Position numbers and translations under genes: made by a program | The notes under the pieces: generated by a model | Told to the model about the DNA's origin: nothing | The model's database searches: none | The model's input: the letters and a program-made list of their open reading frames with translations, nothing else | DNA from: Octopus vulgaris | Lineage: Eukaryota | Direction: 5' to 3' | Assembly (NCBI GenBank): GCA_951406725.2 | Contig: OX597818.1 | Location: forward strand, 87,978,001-88,042,000 | Length of the DNA: 64,000 nt | In this document: one piece after another, positions 29,517 through 44,039 of the stretch | Layout of the letters: every line of letters starts with the position of its first letter | Position numbering within the stretch: the stretch's first letter is position 1

Positions 29517-30287
29517 CCTCGTTTAGCATGCGTGAGTTTGTCAGTCACTTACGAGAGTGATCTCTGTCAAGATGTGCTTGGAAGCCGTCTTGAATTAAAG
29601 AGCCGTTGAAGGCGCGACTGCAAGGTAGGCATCTGTCGTTTGAGGGATTCGGTGGGGAATTCAAATTTTTTTGATATTGTTTTTTTCTCGAATAAGAAAT
29701 CCTCACTGGGTCATAGACATTTGTCTGCTGCAGTCGCGCTGAGTGACTCACTTAGCTGCGAGAATTGTTGTTTTAGTGGGCGTATCTCGTTACCAAAATT
29801 TGGAAAATTTATGAATTCGTGGAGGAATTTTTGTGTTGCGACGGCGAACTGGAGTACCTATATTCTTGTGGATAACCTGAGTGACGGAATTGTCTTGCCG
29901 TGAATTGAATTGCCTTCCTTCGTTCTTTTTCTCTGCTCTATCTTTTTGTTCTTTTTTGTGTTTTTATTTGGAACATTTTGGATTTTGTGTTGAACATTTT
30001 TCTTTATTTTTCTTTTGCAAGCATGGTAAAAAAAAAAAAAACACTGTATTAGAGTGGCAAATTGTGGCCCTCAAGCAATGGGGAAAAAACTTTAATGAGA
30101 GAACGGTGGTGTTGAGGACATATTTTAAGTCCCTCGACACCATCACTGTGTTCTCTCAGGCGGACATTGAAAAGGAGCTGGAAGAATATCTGCCAACTAT
30201 TAAGTTTATTGCAAGGGGTGTCGAATATGCAACGGTGCGATTGCTGCTTGACACCCATGGGGAGGCTCGAGATTTTGTGAACCAACG
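29517..30287 (+). mobile_element. 5' part of an L1/Tx1-like ORF1 element (relative of 46972-49575), 3'-truncated by SINE B sequence
   Basis: 5' UTR motif GAAGCCGTCTTGAATT shared; ORF1 remnant LEWQIV..KQW..ERTVVLRTYFKSLDTITVF..IEKELEEYLPTIKFIARGVEYATV.LLLDT nearly matches ORF 47644-48498. Confidence 0.85.
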
Positions 30288-31095
30288 CTTAGCGGTATTT
30301 CGTCTGCCGTTACGTTCTGAGTTCAAATTCCGCCGAGGTCGACTTTGCCGTTCATCCTTTCGGGGTCGATTAAATAAGTACCAGTTACGCACTGAGGTCG
30401 ATATAATCGACTTAATGCGTTTGTCTGTCCTTGTTTGTCCTCTCTGTGTGGATAGTAAAGAAATAGGTATTTCGTCTGTCTTTACGTTCTGAGTTCAAAT
30501 TCCGCCGAGGCCGACTTTGCTTTTCATCCTTTCGGGGTCGATTAAATAAGTACCAGTTACGCACTGGGATCGATGTAATTGACCTAATCTCTTTGTCTGT
30601 CCTTGTTTCCCCCTCTATCTTTTGCCATCTGTGAACAATAAATAAATAAATATTATACCAACATAAGGCGGCGAGCTGGCAGAAATGTTAGCACACCGGG
30701 GGAAATGCTTAATGGCATTTCGTCTATTTTTACGTTCAAATTCTTCCGAGGTAGACTTTGCCTTTCATTCTTTCGGAGTCGATAAAACAAATACCAGTTT
30801 AGCACTGGGGTCGATGCAATCGACAAGCCCCTTTCTCCAAAATTTCAGTCTTTGTGTCAATAGTAGAACGAGTATTATGCCAGCATGTAAGGCGGCAAAC
30901 CAAAAGAATCGTTAGCAAGCCACGCAAAACGCTCAGCAAGATTTCGTCTGTCTTTACGTTCAAATTCCGCCTAGATCGACTTTGCCTTTCTTCCTTTCGG
31001 GGTCGATAAAATAAGTACCAGTTTAGTACTGGGATCGATGCAATCGACTTATCCTCTCCACCGAAATTAGTGGTCTTGTGCCAAAATTTGAAGCG
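30286..31095 (+). mobile_element. Tandem cluster of SINE family B units
   Basis: Four repeats of ttacgttc(tgagttc)aaattccgccgaggtcgactttgcc..cctttcggggtcgat..aagtaccagtt, each with variations. Confidence 0.85.
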
Positions 31096-31110
31096 TATAT
31101 TATATCAGCG

Positions 31111-31410
31111 TGGGTGCGCAATGGCCCAGTGGTTAGGGCAGTGGACCTCACGGTAAGAGGATCGCGGTTTCGATTCCCAGACCGGGTTTTGTATGTGCTT
31201 ATTGAGCGAAAACACCTCAAGCTCCACGAGGCTCCGGCAGAGGATGGTGGCGATCCCTGTTGTACTCTTTCGCCACAACTTTCTCACGCTCTCTCTTCCT
31301 GTTTCTTGAGTAACGCTGCGATGGCTGGCGTCTCGTCCAGCTGGGGAGAACACATACGTCACAGAAACCGGGAAACCGGTGCCAAGAGCCTGGCTAGGCT
31401 TCAAAAGGGC
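31111..31410 (+). mobile_element. tRNA-derived SINE family C
   Basis: TGGCCCAGTGGTTAGGGCAG...GGTTTCGATTCCCAGACCGGG. Confidence 0.85.
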
Positions 31411-32535
31411 GACGTTATCGTATCAGTATATAGTGAATTCCTTGGAAGTGAGAGGTGTCCAAAGTCTCTCAGCTGAACTCGTCTTAAATATAACCAAATC
31501 TCTCAGATGCGTTATTGTTCATTCCTTCTTTATTTCTATGTCATCTCGTCAATGGACGTCTTTAGTGACTTCTGTGAAAAACGCTATGCGCTCTTTCATG
31601 ACATTTTCGTCAGCGAATACTATAGGTTTTGCTTGCTTCCTTTATTTCTTACAAAATATCATCTGAATTAGCTTACATTATCAAAAACAAGTTTTAACAT
31701 AATGTATTTATCTTTAAATTTGCAATTTAATATTTTAATTAAGATATAAAACCATGAGAAAGTAAAACATAATATACAAACAAAAGCTAGAGCACTATCT
31801 ATGTCAAGAAAACCTCCATTATGTAAGAATCCCCACAAAGCATGAGCAGTACCCAACAGAATCCTTTATAGTCACTCTATGTGCTAGGCGTCACTAACAC
31901 GGTCTATCTCTTCCAGTGAAAGCTCATCCTTAGCATAGCAAAAATCACATTGCCAAGGCTGGACCTTAAGTTCAGAGCCAGAAAATATTTTGGTTCTTAG
32001 CAGCTTCTGATAATCAGAAGGCTCAAGTGAGCCCGCAACGGAGAATGGCCACTTGATTAATTGGCATTCAACCACTAACAAACATGTTCCAGCTTGTGAC
32101 CCAAAGGAGTGCTGCCTCTTCTCTCTATCTTTTGTATCGCTAATAGAATGGTCTTTGCTCCTCGGAGTGGCTAGTCTTGTACGTCTATGACACGTTCACC
32201 TCTCGTCATTCTCGATGCAGCCAATGTCCTCGGCTCCACACTAAGCATTGAGCTCGGTTATTTCTTCCCAGAGCCTCGGCCTTTTGGCACCTCTTTTCTG
32301 TTCATGTTTCTTCCTGCACGTTGGCGCACACGAATATATATTGGCAAAAAACTTCACAAATATACAGTCTAACATATCTACCTATATATAATTCTATGGA
32401 AGGGATGGGTACACACACACACACACACACACATACATACACACTCACAGACATTCACACAAACACATACACACACACACAAACATACACATACATTACT
32501 ATAGTTAAATAGACAAAAAGATAGATAAACATCCA

Positions 32536-32608
<73 letters not shown>

Positions 32609-32609
32609 G

Positions 32610-32666
<57 letters not shown>

Positions 32667-32720
32667 TTATTTCTCACTCTCTCAGTCGTAGTCATTGAAC
32701 ATACATACATAATACATACA

Positions 32721-32776
<56 letters not shown>

Positions 32777-33146
32777 CTTACATGCATGCATATATACACT
32801 CCTATATAACATTTGTAAAACATGCACATACATATAAATTGTATGCATATTTTTATATACGTATATATGTATATATATATATATATGTGTGTGTATATAT
32901 ATATATATATACATTTAAATATATATACGTGTTTGTAAGTATATACGTATGTATGTATGTATATATGTATGCATGCATGTATGTGTATATATATATTGAT
33001 ACATATATATATGTAAATGTATATATGCATATATATGTATATATATATGAATAAGTATATAGATATAAGTATATATATGTATATGTACATATATGTGTAT
33101 ATATATGTATGCATGTATGTATGATTGTACGTGTATATATTAATGA

Positions 33147-33229
<83 letters not shown>

Positions 33230-33908
33230 GACGTAGTAACGGTGAAAGTGATGAAGAAACTATAAGCGGATACAATATTTCATGCTATTTAAATAATCAT
33301 TTATAATTTCTACATATTCTTATATCCTTGTCGGAAATAATATTGTATCAAGTGCTTATATAAACATCTCCATATTTATTTTTGGAAACCGGTTAAAAGC
33401 GAAATCAAAGTATTTATAAAGTGTAAGGCGGTTGCGGCATTTCTCGTTATGGCCGTTTAACTGCAAATCATCCTCGACCGAGCCGACATATGATCAAAGA
33501 AGAGCAAGGCGTGACCCATGCTGCACCTGTCTGTTTTTTTTGTCTCGCTTTTTTTAAAATTTTCCTGTTTTAGTCTTTTATTAGTTTATGTATACCAGTG
33601 CATTAAGTGATGAGCAGTGGTTAATTTTGTACTTCGTTATTTTACGTTATCTTATTTTTCATTTTATTTTTGTGAGATGGGAATGTGTGATTTGAGTGAG
33701 ATTGCACTGCTATCTCTAGCTATTTCTCGACTCGATTTTGTTGAGCAGTGTTTAAAAGAAAGGAACAAGCTTCATATCACACACAGTCACATAACCATGG
33801 ACATATATATATAGGTATACTTACATACACATATACACATGTACTCACATATGTATATACATACAAACATATATATACGCATGTATGCATGAATATATTT
33901 ATATCTTA

Positions 33909-34050
<142 letters not shown>

Positions 34051-34177
34051 CGGGAAGCTTTATGAAAATAGACAAAAGACGAAGGCAGGTTTACGGAAAT
34101 AAACAAAAGACGAAGGCAGGTGGAATACAAACAAACAATTGTATTAGTATGGCGCTCAGGAATATAAATAAAACAAG

Positions 34178-34215
34178 TCTTTAACGTTTCGAGCCTACGC
34201 TCTTCAACAGAAAGA
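34178..34215 (-). ncRNA. Minimal hammerhead-like motif, core variant CUGUUGA
   Basis: Minus strand TCTTT-CTGTTGA-A-GAGC-GTAG-GCTC-GAAAC-GTT-AAAGA, inside repeat 34029-34275. Confidence 0.55.
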
Positions 34216-34279
34216 TACAGAAACACAGAAAGAAGGAGAGAAAAAAAAATGCGTGCAGAGGCTAGCGAATCAACATATA

Positions 34280-34440
34280 TACTAAGTAATTAGGGTTCAG
34301 CAACGATTTGCCTCACCGCACACCGAATTTAGAAATAGCAGTCAAAAAGTCTTGGCTATTCCATCTACTTTAAAGGGAGATCCTAGTAAAACCAAAGCAC
34401 TCAAGAACAAACCACGCAGGTAAAAGAGAAAGAAATGACG
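34280..34440. repeat. Diverged partial copy of segment A of the 57-58 kb unit
   Basis: actaag.aat.agggtt.agcaacga.ttgcct.acc.ca.accgaatttagaaatagcagtcaaa matches 57070 onward. Confidence 0.75.
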
Positions 34441-35789
34441 AATATATATATATATTAATCAGCCGAAATTGCGAGGATGATCCGGTTCTTGACTGAAGAT
34501 TAGAGGCATCGAATGACCCGTCCGTTTTTTGTGTCGTCTATTTGAATGTTTTGCGTTCTTGTCCCATTTTGTATTTCTGCATGGCCGTAGTCTAATGAGA
34601 GAAACTAGTAAAAGATACAAGATAAAAGACGTGCTCTCACACACACACACACACACATACACACACACCCACATATACATACATACATACACGCACACAC
34701 ACGCGCGCGTGCGCACACACATACATACACACACGCACACACATACACACGCACATATACATACACATACAGGCACACACACATATGCACACGCACACAT
34801 ACACACATATACACACATACGTATACACACATATACACTCACACACCTGTACACACACATATATACACACGCACATATGCATACACACACATATGCATAC
34901 GCACACATACACATGCACATATACATACGCACATATATACATACACACATAGGCACACATACATACATATATATACACGCATATACGCACACATACATAC
35001 ATATATATATATATATTTATACACACACAGGCACACATACATACATACATATATATATATATACACGCACACACGCACACATACACACACACACACGCAT
35101 ACACACACATGCACTCACACACATGCACACACGCACATACACACACATACACACACATACACACATACACACACACACACACACACACTTACATACACGC
35201 CCACATACATACAGTGAGTGAAAATGCCGAAGGCGGCTGCGGTACCTGAACAGCAGAACACCGCCAGACGACAAGCATAACGAACTGAAGACATGTTTAA
35301 AAGACATAACTATTAACATTACCCCCGCCTTTTCTTAACTGAGCGAAACCGGGTAGAATCTATAATTACTTTTACACAAGATTGATGAGCGCTCTTGTAA
35401 TATATACAGCTGTCTTACACACCCATATACTCTTATATACACAAAACACACACGCGTACAGGCACACATTAAAAAAAAGGTAATATATACATACGTATAT
35501 CATTATACATATGGTGAGATTATGGCGTATGTTACAAGCTATTTATTTATCAATGCATCCGTTTCCTCTGTATAAATGATTATAATTGTGTGTTTGTGTG
35601 TTGTTATAGGTGTATCTGTGTGTGTGTGTGTGTCTATGTGTATTTGTATGTGTGTGCGTGCGAGCTCGCGTGGCTGTATGTATGAATGTATGTCTGTGTA
35701 TTAGTATATGTATATATATCTTCGTGTGTGTGTGTATGCATGCGTACGTGTCTCTCTCTCTCCCTCCCTCTATCTCTCTCTCTATCTCT

Positions 35790-35961
35790 GGGCGCAGACG
35801 TGGCTGTGTTGTAAGTAGCTTGCTCACCAACCACATGGTTCTAGATTCAATTCCACTGCGTGGCACCTTGGACCAGTGTCTTCTACTATAGCCTCGGACA
35901 GACCAAAGCCTTGTGAGTGGATTTGGCAGAAGGAAACTGAAAAAAGCTCGTCGTATATATG

Positions 35962-35995
<34 letters not shown>

Positions 35996-36180
35996 CGTGT
36001 GTGTGCGTGTGTGTGTGTGGCTGTGCGTGTACGTATGTGTGTATGTATGTGTGTATATGTATGTGTTTGTGTCTGTGTTTGTTTGAACCATCATCACGAC
36101 AGCCGATGTTGGTGTGTTTACGTCCCTGTAACTTAGCAGTAGGGCAAAAGAGATCAATAGAATAAGTACTTAGCTTACAA
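35790..36180 (+). mobile_element. tRNA-derived SINE family A
   Basis: GGCGCAGACGTGGCTGTGTTGTAAGTAGCTTGCTCACCAACCACATGGTT head, body with (TG)n. Confidence 0.8.
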
Positions 36181-36217
36181 AGACTATATATATATGTCTT
36201 GCGTGTGTGTGTGTGTA

Positions 36218-36281
<64 letters not shown>

Positions 36282-36631
36282 CATACATACATACATGCAT
36301 ACGTACATATATGTATATCTATTTATCTATCTGCCTGCTGTCTATTATCTGTCTACTCTTTGATCTATCTTCTCTATTTCAGAATAACACTGTTCCGCCT
36401 TGACCTCTACGTGCCCACGACACTCACAAGACATAACCGCTGCCCGCGTCACCACTACTACTACCACCACCACCACCAACACTACTACTACTACTACTAC
36501 TACTACTAGCAGCAGCTGCACCGACGACGGAGGCATCAATAAACGAATTCTCAATAAAAAACATAAAATATTTTATTGCTCTTCCTTATTGTAATTACTT
36601 TATTTATTTTATTGACGTTTCTGAAGACAAA

Positions 36632-36670
<39 letters not shown>

Positions 36671-37114
36671 ATGCACACACTTATACTTATATAGTCATTA
36701 TTGATGTATATGCAAAGTGTGCGACTTAATGAGTGTGTACATTATAAATGTGTGTGTATGTGTATATGTATATATAGTATATATATATATATATATATAT
36801 ACATGTAAATACATATCTACATGTGCGTACATACATACATACATACAGACAGACACAAACACGCATATACATATATATACATATGTGCGTATGTGTGTGT
36901 GTTCCAGTAGGGATACGCTAACAAGGAAGGAAATGAGCACAAAATTGAGTATAATGCTTTTGCTGGTGGTGGTGATGATGATGATGTCGTTGTTGTTGAT
37001 GATGATGATGATGATGATGTTTACGAGGATTACAATTCCTCGGTTTTATTTTCGGAAACACTTTCATGGACATGAATCGCAGTATGGTTGTTACTTCGTA
37101 TAGGAGTTGGTTGA

Positions 37115-37702
37115 ATAATCCTTTCTACAAAAGGAGGATGGGACCAGTCGATTACATCGATTCCAGTGTTTCACTGGTACTTAATTTATCGACTCCGAAA
37201 CGAAGAAAGGTAATGTCCCCCACGGCGGAATTCGAACCCAGAACGTAAAGATAGACAACATACCGCTCGGCGTGTTAACGTTTCTTATTTCTTTACAGCC
37301 CACAAGGGTCTACATACATAGGGGACAAACAGGGACAGACAAACTGATTAAGGCGATTACATTGACCCCAGTGCGTAACTGGTACTTAATTTATCGACCC
37401 CGAAAGGATGAAAGGCAAAGTCGACCTCGGCGGAATTTGAACTCAGAACGTAAGGAGAGACGAAATACTTATTTCTTTACTACCCACAAGGGGCTAAACA
37501 CAGAAAGGACAATCAAGGACAGACAAACGGATTAAGTCGATTATATCGACCCCAGTGTGTAACTGGTACTTATTTAATCGACCCCAAAAGGACGAAAGTC
37601 AAAGTCGACCTTGGCGGAATTTGCACTTAGAATGTAGCGGCAGACGAAATACGGCTACGCATTCCGCCCGGTGTGCTAACGTTTCTGCCAGCTCGCCACC
37701 TT
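37115..37702 (-). mobile_element. Tandem cluster of SINE family B units
   Basis: Head AAGGTGGCGAGCTGGCAGAAACGTTAGCAC on the minus strand at ~37700; three core repeats. Confidence 0.85.
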
Positions 37703-38323
37703 ATCAGTTAGTTTAATAACAACCAGACATTATACTGGTTCAGCAACAACTGCTACCCTCTGGGTTTACAGTCATGGTGTTTATGCATGATACTAACTCT
37801 GCTTCCTTTTTTTATTATTATATATATTTTTTATTTATATTTAATTTTTGCATGATTTTTTTTTTGCCCGGAAACTATGAAAACTATCAGACATGCTTGA
37901 GTTGAAACTGCTAACCTAATGTTGCTGAAGCTTGTCTCAATGTCGCCGTTCGGACATGCTTCAACATGTCTCCCCACCAATCTGGCGTCAAACTTTAAAA
38001 CCCTATTAAAACGCAAGCATCACGAGAGGTTAGGGTACAGTTTAGCATGGAGTTAATCCCAAGAAGTGATGGTCATCAGTATGTATCGCTATGTAGGTTA
38101 ACTAGCATGTCATGGAATTATCTCCGGAAGAATGTCTGTCACAGGCACCTCCAACCATCCAAGGAATATATAGAGACCCTTCAGCTCATTCGCTGTTTAA
38201 CTTAGATAGCGGTTCTCAATTGGAGTCCGTATGGCCCTTTGAGGGTTCATATAAGAATTTGTAGCTAATATTTATGTGCAATAAACTGTTTATGATACAC
38301 AAAGTATTTAAACAATTCTTTTG

Positions 38324-38419
<96 letters not shown>

Positions 38420-38589
38420 GATGGCCAGATAACCGAAGAGATGGTGTTGTGAATTTCCACCTCGGCATCCGAAACTCAGAGTTTTATCCTGGCTATTGAA
38501 TAATTGTCACATATCATTTTACAGAAAAATTTCCTCTATTTACATAATATTGAGGTCTCTTTCTTTCTTTTGTTATCTTACCGTTTTTA

Positions 38590-38654
<65 letters not shown>

Positions 38655-38972
38655 ATAAATATTAAGATAAAACTTGCTTTGAAAAGGATGCGTGGCGTTG
38701 TTTTTATGTTTTTGTTTTCTCATTGTGTCTACGTTTTTTGATGTCCTGTACCCATATATGCATATATATATACATATATGTGTAGGTATATACATATATA
38801 TATATATGTATATATGCATATATTTATATATAAATATTATATCCGATAGAATAAGTACTAGGTTTACCAAGAATAAGCCCTGGGGTCGATTTATTCGATT
38901 CGACTAAAGGGCGGTGCTCCAGCACGGCCGCAGTCAAATGACTGAAACAAGTAAAATAGCAAGAGTAAAAGA

Positions 38973-39017
<45 letters not shown>

Positions 39018-39028
39018 TATATATATAG

Positions 39029-39462
<434 letters not shown>

Positions 39463-40299
39463 GTGTGCGCGCGCGTATATAACATTTTTCATACAGAAGA
39501 AAACGTACATCTATATATGCGCGAGCGCGTGCACACACATATATGTATGCATATATACATACATACATACATACATACATACATTTATACATACATACAT
39601 ACAATATAGAATCAACAATACTCAGTGCAAATACGTTCAGTAGCGAGAGATTCGCTCCGCGAAATATATCATATACAACACCACCACCACCACCACCACC
39701 ACCACTATCACCACCAGTACCAACACCACCACGACCACCACCACGGCCACCTCCGCGACCACCACCACCACCACCGCCGCCACCATTAGTACGAACAACA
39801 GCAACATTAATTGGTAAAAACAAAAGCAGACCAAACGGACAGCCGGCTCATTTAGAATGAAATTACACAGCGTAAAAGCTATCATTGCCGTCCACTGCTA
39901 GCAACTCATATGAATAAGTATAGGGTTGGTCTTTCCCTTCTGTAACGTCTCTATCTAACGATAATGGCTCTAGGACCTTGAAACGAAATCCAGCGTTGAT
40001 TCAGAAGACTTTAATTACTTCAGATTAACATTAGATCTAATTGCAATTGTAAAAACGACCTGGATGTTAATAGACTTTTCCAAGTTGTTCATGTAGTCAT
40101 CGTCGTTGTTGCAGTTGTTGTTGTTGTTGTTGTTGTAGCCGTCATCACCGTCGTCGTTCTCATTGCTGCTGTTGTTGTTGTTGTTGTAATAAAGAAATAT
40201 GTTGTTGTTGTTGTTGTTTAACCGTTGGTCAGATCTGGTTGTTGCAGAAACCTATTATAAAAGGCATCATAAAAATTTTTTTTTTTTGCTTTTTGATTC

Positions 40300-40678
40300 T
40301 GCTTTTCTTCGTCTCAGTCACTGGACTAAGGCCATGCTTGAACACCGCTTTGAAGGATCTTAGTATAACAGGTCGACACTCAGTACTTATTTTTAGTCTG
40401 ACACTTATTCTATCGGTCACGTTTTGCCCAAACGCTAGGTTACGAGAGCCTTAAGATACCAAGCAGTGATGGGGCTTACATACACACACACACACACACA
40501 CACACATATACGACAAGCTTCCATACAGTTTCCAGTTACCAAATTCGCTCACAAGTTATTGGTCGACCACGGATCTATGGTAGAAGACACATACCCAATG
40601 TACTGGGCAGTGGGACTGAACTCTAAACCACGTGGTTGCAAAGCGATCATCTTAACCATGCAATTATATCTGTGCCTA
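40300..40678 (-). mobile_element. Diverged SINE family A
   Basis: Same block order as 7358-7820, with many substitutions. Confidence 0.65.
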
Positions 40679-41416
40679 AGGCGGCGAGCTGGCAGAAGCG
40701 TTAGCACGCCGGGCGAAATGCTAAGGGGTAGTTCGTCTGCCGCTACGTTCTGAGTTCAAATTCCGCCGAAGCCGACTTTGAATTTCATCCTTTCGGGGTC
40801 GATTAAATAAGTACCAGTTACGCACTGGGGTTAATTTAATCGACTTAATCCGTTTGTCTATCGTTGTTTGTCCCTTGTGGGTAGTAAAGAAATAGGTATT
40901 TTGTCTGCCGCTACGTTCTGAGTTCAAATTCCGCCGAGGTCGACTTTGCCTTTCGTCCTTTCGGGGTCGGTAAATTAAGTACCAGTTGCGTACTGGTGCC
41001 GATCTAATCGACTGGCCCCCTCGCCAAAAGTTTCGGGCCTTGTACTTAGAGTAGAAAAGAATATTATAAAAGTGGCGAGCTGGCAGAAACGTTAGCACGC
41101 CGGGCGAATTGTGTAGCCGTATTTCGTCTGCCGTTACGTTCTGAGTTCAAATTCCGCCGAGGTCGACTTTGCCTCTCATCCTTTCGGGGTCGATAAATTA
41201 AGTACCAGTTACGCACTGGGGTCGATGTAATCGACTTAATACCTATATCTGTCCTTGTTTGTCCCCTCTATGTTTAGCCCCTTGTGGGTAGTAAAGAAAT
41301 AGGTATTTCGTCTGTCATTACGTTCTGAGTTCAAATTCCACCGAGGTCGCCTTTGCCTTTCATCCTTTCGACTGGCCCCCTCCCCAGAAATTTCGGGCCT
41401 TGTACCAAGAGTAGAA
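40678..41416 (+). mobile_element. Two head-to-tail SINE family B elements with duplicated cores
   Basis: Heads GGCGAGCTGGCAGAA at ~40683 and ~41074. Confidence 0.85.
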
Positions 41417-41842
41417 ATGAATTACACCTGCTCCTATTGTTTCTGTCTCTTTTTCTTTTTCTTTTTTTTTTCTCAACACACATTGTATGCACGATCACAT
41501 TTTCTAATGTGTTCTTTTCAAGGACAACTGATTGTTATATCTAGCGTATCGAACGTCCGACCATGTAGAGCAGTGGTTCTCAACTGGGGTCCGTATGGAA
41601 CCTGAGGATCTATATAAGATTTTTTTTTTGTGGTGAGGAGTCTACGCAACAAAATAGCAAATTGGGGATCTACAATAGCATTTGAAGGGACCCTGAATAA
41701 AATTTGCTTTAGATATATGTAATGATATGTATTGCAAGAAACAGCAAAATTTCTTTCTCTAACATTTTACATAGTTCAACCCACGCAAGTGAGCATGTGA
41801 AAAACAAAATAGGAATTTTGAAAGAGGTTTCTGCAAAGCTAG

Positions 41843-41979
41843 TTCTATATTTAAGAGATGAGGAATTATGTTCATTATTTACATTATATACATTATTAAC
41901 ATTCGACGGATATTTGTCCTCATCTTGTTTGTTGTTCTCATTCCTAAGGTATTTTTCGATGTTGTTGTTGTTGTTGTTG

Positions 41980-42056
<77 letters not shown>

Positions 42057-42283
42057 GTAATTGTTATTGTTCAGGTCACTGCTTGGAATCGAACTCGGAA
42101 TCTTCGGGTTAGTAGCCCGCGCTCTTAACCACTTCGCCAAATGTCCGTGGTTAGGAATGAGAACCCAGGTTCGAAATTTCCCCAAGACACCTGAAGAAGG
42201 CTGGAGGGTATATCAGCCGAAACGTTGTGTCAACAACAAACAAAATGAGGACAAATATCCGTCGAATGTAAATAATATCTATA
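41843..42283 (-). mobile_element. SINE family D copy with an inverted duplicate of its tail at the 5' end
   Basis: Minus strand: tRNA-like head (42070-42150), (AAT)n, tail with internal deletion; plus strand 42151-42283 is an inverted copy of the tail carrying the hammerhead motif. Confidence 0.8.
42186..42231 (+). ncRNA. Minimal type-I hammerhead ribozyme motif
   Basis: GACAC-CTGAAGA-A-GGCTG-gagggtatat-CAGCC-GAAAC-GTT-GTGTC: perfect 5-bp stems I and II, palindromic AACGTT in place of stem III. Confidence 0.75.
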
Positions 42284-42580
42284 AAACTAGTTTTTGAACA
42301 GCCAATGGTTATGAGGGGTCCATATCAGACTTTTGGTGATCCACGTAAAATATTAGTAAATTGGGGATTTACAATAGATGTTTAAGGACCCCTGAAAAAG
42401 TTTTGCTTTTGATGTATTTATTGGAACTTATCGCAGGAAACAGCTAGGTTTCTTTCTCTTACATTTTACATAGGTCAACGTGCAGAAGTTAATATGTGAA
42501 CAATAAAATAGGAATATTTAATGGCTAGGATAGAATTACAATCAAAGGGTCCACAAATAAAATCGTTGAGTAGCCCCGAT

Positions 42581-42708
42581 ATAGAGGCTTCCATAGTTTG
42601 TTTACTAGATGACCTTGTGTATCATAGAGGCTTCTATAGTTTGTTTACTAGATGACATTGTATATCATAGAGGCTTCTACAGTTTGTTTACTAGACGACA
42701 TTGTGTGT
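42581..42708. repeat. Minisatellite, ~43-bp unit x3
   Basis: atagaggcttc.a.agtttgtttactaga.gac.ttgt repeated three times. Confidence 0.85.
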
Positions 42709-43335
42709 TAATATTTGTGTTGAGGCTGGAGCTGGTGTTGACATCGAAGGTTAATAGTGAAGGCTTGTTTCTTATTAAACATCGTTTCACAATGAAAGTT
42801 CATTTTACAGGTGCAGCTCTCTTTTGTGTCTAGATAATGACAACGGTGATTTTCTGTTTTTCAAAAGCCTTTTGTTTGCGGCGAAAATTGGTCAGACGTT
42901 TGTATCGCCTGATTCTAAAAAGACATTTGTGTCTTACTTTGGAATAAATCCAAATGAAACAGTTTTTTAAAGACTTAGTCGTGTAGTGCTTGTGTGCATA
43001 TGTGTATGTGTAACTGTGAGCATGTCTGTATGTTTATTTATGTGCGTGTCTGTGTGTATATGTGTATGTGCGAGTATGTGTGTGTATGTGTATGTGCGTG
43101 TATGTGTGTGCGTGTGTGTGCGTGTGTGCGTGTGTGTGTGTGTGTGTTAGGATGTGTTCTGTTAACGACGACGAAGATAGATTCTGGACAATTCGTCATT
43201 ACTTTTATTCAGAACCAAGTTTATAGAAGGTACTTGCTATCTTTGTTACCGTCTTTAGAACGTCTGTACGGAAACGTGCTAAACAAGGGAGTCTTTACGT
43301 GATTAACAGAGAGATTAAAGGAGAAAGTGTATCCT

Positions 43336-43375
<40 letters not shown>

Positions 43376-43453
43376 TGTGTGTGTGTATGTCTGTGAGTGT
43401 GGGTGTCGCTGAGTGAGAGTGATAGCTAGATAGACAGACAGAGAGCTACCTAA

Positions 43454-43543
<90 letters not shown>

Positions 43544-43599
43544 TGATAGATAGATCGATGGATAGATAGATATATAGATAGATAGATCGATCGATAGAC

Positions 43600-43650
<51 letters not shown>

Positions 43651-44039
43651 CAGACAGATTGAGAAAAAGAGAGAGAGAGAGAAGGGGAGAGAGGGAGATA
43701 GAAGAAAAAGAGGCTGTGATGTTCGTACTTCCAGATCACGATTGATACACTCACGATAAAACTATTGCAGCTAACCATGAAACACTTAGTTCCCAAATTC
43801 AGAACATCCAATCCCATTATGGCTCACACCATTGAGCCATAAAAGATAACTAACGGCTAACAAATTTCTCATACATAGTCACTCAACCTGCTAAACGTAG
43901 CAACAAAATGTCCAGCCGATGAAGGTACCTTTACGTTGTTCCTAGAATTGTCGATTTAGCAGTTGTATCTCACTTGAATAAGACATCCTTGAAAAGGAGT
44001 TGTTAGATAATAAGATCCCAAAATCCTTGCACAAAATAA

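Larger units (their letters stand above)
41570..42580. mobile_element. hAT/Charlie-like non-autonomous element, interrupted by a SINE D copy
   Basis: Starts CAGTGGTTCTCAACTGGGGTCCG; internal ~170-bp duplication (41650-41820 vs 42355-42520); related fragment at 38207-38310. Confidence 0.55.

Noticed and set aside
29881-30492. 203-aa ORF as a single gene
   Set aside because: Chimeric read-through of 5' UTR, ORF1 remnant and SINE B sequence.
31420-32340. Higher-complexity sequence that might be an exon or a transposon relic (likewise 370-640, 2040-2520, 7820-8680, 44520-45450)
   Set aside because: No recognisable motif in the frames I read, and stops interrupt them; a BLAST or HMM search is needed to classify.
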